A stretch of 46,457 nucleotides of DNA, taken from the NCBI GenBank assembly GCA_964632275.1, contig CAZWCD010000001.1, forward strand, positions 28,721 to 75,177, in the 5' to 3' direction. Positions 45,901 to 46,457 of this stretch are shown piece by piece; position 1 is the stretch's first letter; each line of letters begins with the position of its first letter. The notes under the pieces are model-generated. The model was not told the origin of the DNA. It did no database searches and saw only the letters and a list, made by a program, of their open reading frames with translations. Position numbers and translations under genes: made by a program. This DNA is from an uncultured Thermodesulfobacteriota bacterium (GTDB lineage Bacteria; Desulfobacterota; WTBG01).

Positions 45901-46368
45901 TGCGAAGTGAAGGAGATCACCGTTAAGATGGATATCAAGCCCGGATCCTGCCCGAACCCGCTCAACCTGAAGAGCAAAGGGGTGCTGCCGGTCGCCATCC
46001 TCGGGTCAAAGGACTTTAATGTAAAGGACATCGACCCGGCGACCATCATGCTCAGCAGGGAGGGCATCCCCGGAGGAGTGGCTCCCATTCGCTACAATTA
46101 TGCGGATGTTGCCACGCCTTTCGAGGGTGAGCTCTGTGACTGCAACCGCCTCTATGGCGATGGGTACAAGGATCTGACGCTTAAGTTCAAGAAAACAGAG
46201 GTTATCAGCGAGCTGCTGCTTGCGGAGGTGGCCGGTGAAACGGTTCCGCTCACCATTACCTTCAGCCTCAAGCAGGACAAAGGCGGCGCGGACTATTCTG
46301 CCGAAGACTGTCTGAAAATCCTTAAGAAGAAGGAAAAGAAGATTAAGTTCCGGCGCGACAAGAAGTAA
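42901..46368 (+). CDS. large secreted cysteine-rich repeat protein (signal peptide, cohesin-like N-domain, about six 130-160-aa Cys-rich modules, C-terminal beta-rich domain, Lys-rich tail)
   Basis: Start at ATG 42901 after a GGAGGAGG RBS. Signal peptide 'MKKLSVVLMFGLVMGLMAGPAFAQ'. 'GDTFSIDIWA...GFEMFYNPAQVSLLSV' is cohesin-like. Repeated 'C.DG.FCNG.E.C ... DSCNE..D.C' units. Confidence 0.85.
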   Translation: MKKLSVVLMFGLVMGLMAGPAFAQSYCQDVLETGNPGGRTTGLKTCDTVNPETLNPGDTFSIDIWATEIPEPIISSGFEMFYNPAQVSLLSVQAYDGVDIAGGPWDGTATLKIPDAYGPGSFVLAVVQLGTCPVPDAGGDVIVAKLTFQCLANGSSGIGVKGIDGFDTTVGCTSGVVYDAPMGTNTLTVTQGSDGCTTNEECSDGIYCNGAETCNIGSGECQPGTAVVCNDAIACTTDSCNETTDSCDYIPNNAACNDGAYCNGAEVCTASGCAPGTPVSCPDDGLFCNGTPSCNETTDSCQSSGAPCTPPEVCNEDTDTCAVVGCSTDEECSDGSFCSGVETCNTNTGQCQAGTAVNCNDSIDCTIDSCNEGLDRCDNTPSDAACSDGLFCNGNEVCDAQNGCLDGTPADCADDGAFCNGTESCDEAADSCVSSGNPCTPGTVCNEETNGCDQPPGCEVDEECDNGLFCDGAERCVDGTCQPGTAVNCDDEVACTTDSCNEATDSCDHASDNAVCSDGNFCNGNEICDAVNGCLPGEAVSCADDGLFCNGTESCNEAADSCQSSGDPCPQGTVCNEATDACDEIPVEGCTSNAECDDGNFCNGKEKCSVSYKQSGGTPQPPVPGVCVAGTPVDCNDGVDCTIDSCNEAKDACDHAPDNAVCDDGNFCNGNEVCAPDSIMSIATQESSGSMSGCKAGAAVICQDNGLFCDGIESCNEAKDSCTSSGNPCTPDVTVCNEKTDTCDPVGGCTSDKECDDGIFCNGKETCNAYVKATGTNPPVTGVCQDGIPVDCSDGLDCTIDSCNEEKDACDHAPDNAVCDDGDFCNGNEICDPLKGCQDGAAVSCPDNGLFCDGTESCNEADDSCQSSGNPCTPGVTVCNEKTDTCDPVGGCTADKECDDGIFCNGKETCNAYAKATGTNPPVTGVCQSGIPVDCNDGVDCTMDSCNEDTDSCVNTADDAYCPDDGKFCNGTESCDAEQGCISTGNPCAAGTVCNEEKDSCEVKEITVKMDIKPGSCPNPLNLKSKGVLPVAILGSKDFNVKDIDPATIMLSREGIPGGVAPIRYNYADVATPFEGELCDCNRLYGDGYKDLTLKFKKTEVISELLLAEVAGETVPLTITFSLKQDKGGADYSAEDCLKILKKKEKKIKFRRDKK
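43483..45910 (+). repeat. in-frame tandem coding repeats (module starts about 43483, 43873, 44269, 44665, 45142, 45571)
   Basis: Module periods are 390, 396, 396, 477 and 429 nt. The last two modules keep 30-nt and 40-nt identical runs (45121-45150 = 45550-45579; 45152-45191 = 45581-45620). Confidence 0.85.
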
Positions 46369-46400
46369 GTCGGGCTGACCGGAAGAGCACCGTACGCAAC

Positions 46401-46432
46401 AAAGGGCTGACAGCAACGGCTGTCAGCCCTTT
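46401..46432 (+). terminator. intrinsic terminator after the Cys-rich protein gene
   Basis: AAAGGGCTGACAGC-aacg-GCTGTCAGCCCTTT, a perfect 14-bp stem 33 nt after the stop. The U-tract is short. Confidence 0.65.
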
Positions 46433-46457
46433 GCGTTGACTAATTATTCTTGACAAT

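Noticed and set aside
43483-45910. Regular 390-480-nt periodicity that could suggest a repeat array (CRISPR-like or satellite)
   Set aside because: The repeats are in frame inside one long ORF and encode conserved Cys-rich modules. There are no short direct repeats with unique spacers and no cas genes.

Overview
GC-rich (about 60% by eye) chromosomal segment. The gene content looks like a strictly anaerobic, sulfate-reducer-type deltaproteobacterium (Desulfobacterota); that assignment is inference only. Housekeeping genes flank the window: ECF sigma and plsC-like, hrcA-grpE-dnaJ, tatB-like and tatC, an HDAC-family deacetylase, a REC-GAF-GGDEF regulator and rpoD on the left; leuS-lptE-holA, rpsT and ogt on the right. 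The centre (12.7-32.3 kb, all on the minus strand) is a dense redox supercluster. It contains a four-subunit 2-oxoacid:ferredoxin oxidoreductase, a 1126-aa HdrL-like flavo-FeS protein, an MvhD-HdrD-like fusion, an HdrA-MvhD fusion, a 1034-aa double-module HdrA, a stand-alone MvhD, two short HdrA paralogs, HdrC, HdrB, an HdrD-like protein and a terminal MoaD/ThiS-like protein ending in GG. The best-supported finding is that two apparent ORF breaks in this cluster are in-frame UGA codons sitting on conserved Cys positions. One is in stand-alone mvhD and one is in the HdrA-MvhD fusion. Each is followed by a hairpin, so both are probable selenocysteine recoding events that a plain ORF caller splits or truncates. 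Other items worth a second look are a carrier-protein themed gene group (BioH-like hydrolase, PPTase, FabD, ACP-like protein, acylating aldehyde dehydrogenase), a 1155-aa secreted protein made of 20-Cys modules whose last copies are still about 90% identical at DNA level, a receiver domain with Glu at the phospho-acceptor position, and several intergenic repeat or hairpin elements. I saw no rRNA, tRNA, CRISPR array, transposase or integrase. All homology calls rest on motif recognition by eye, not on database searches.
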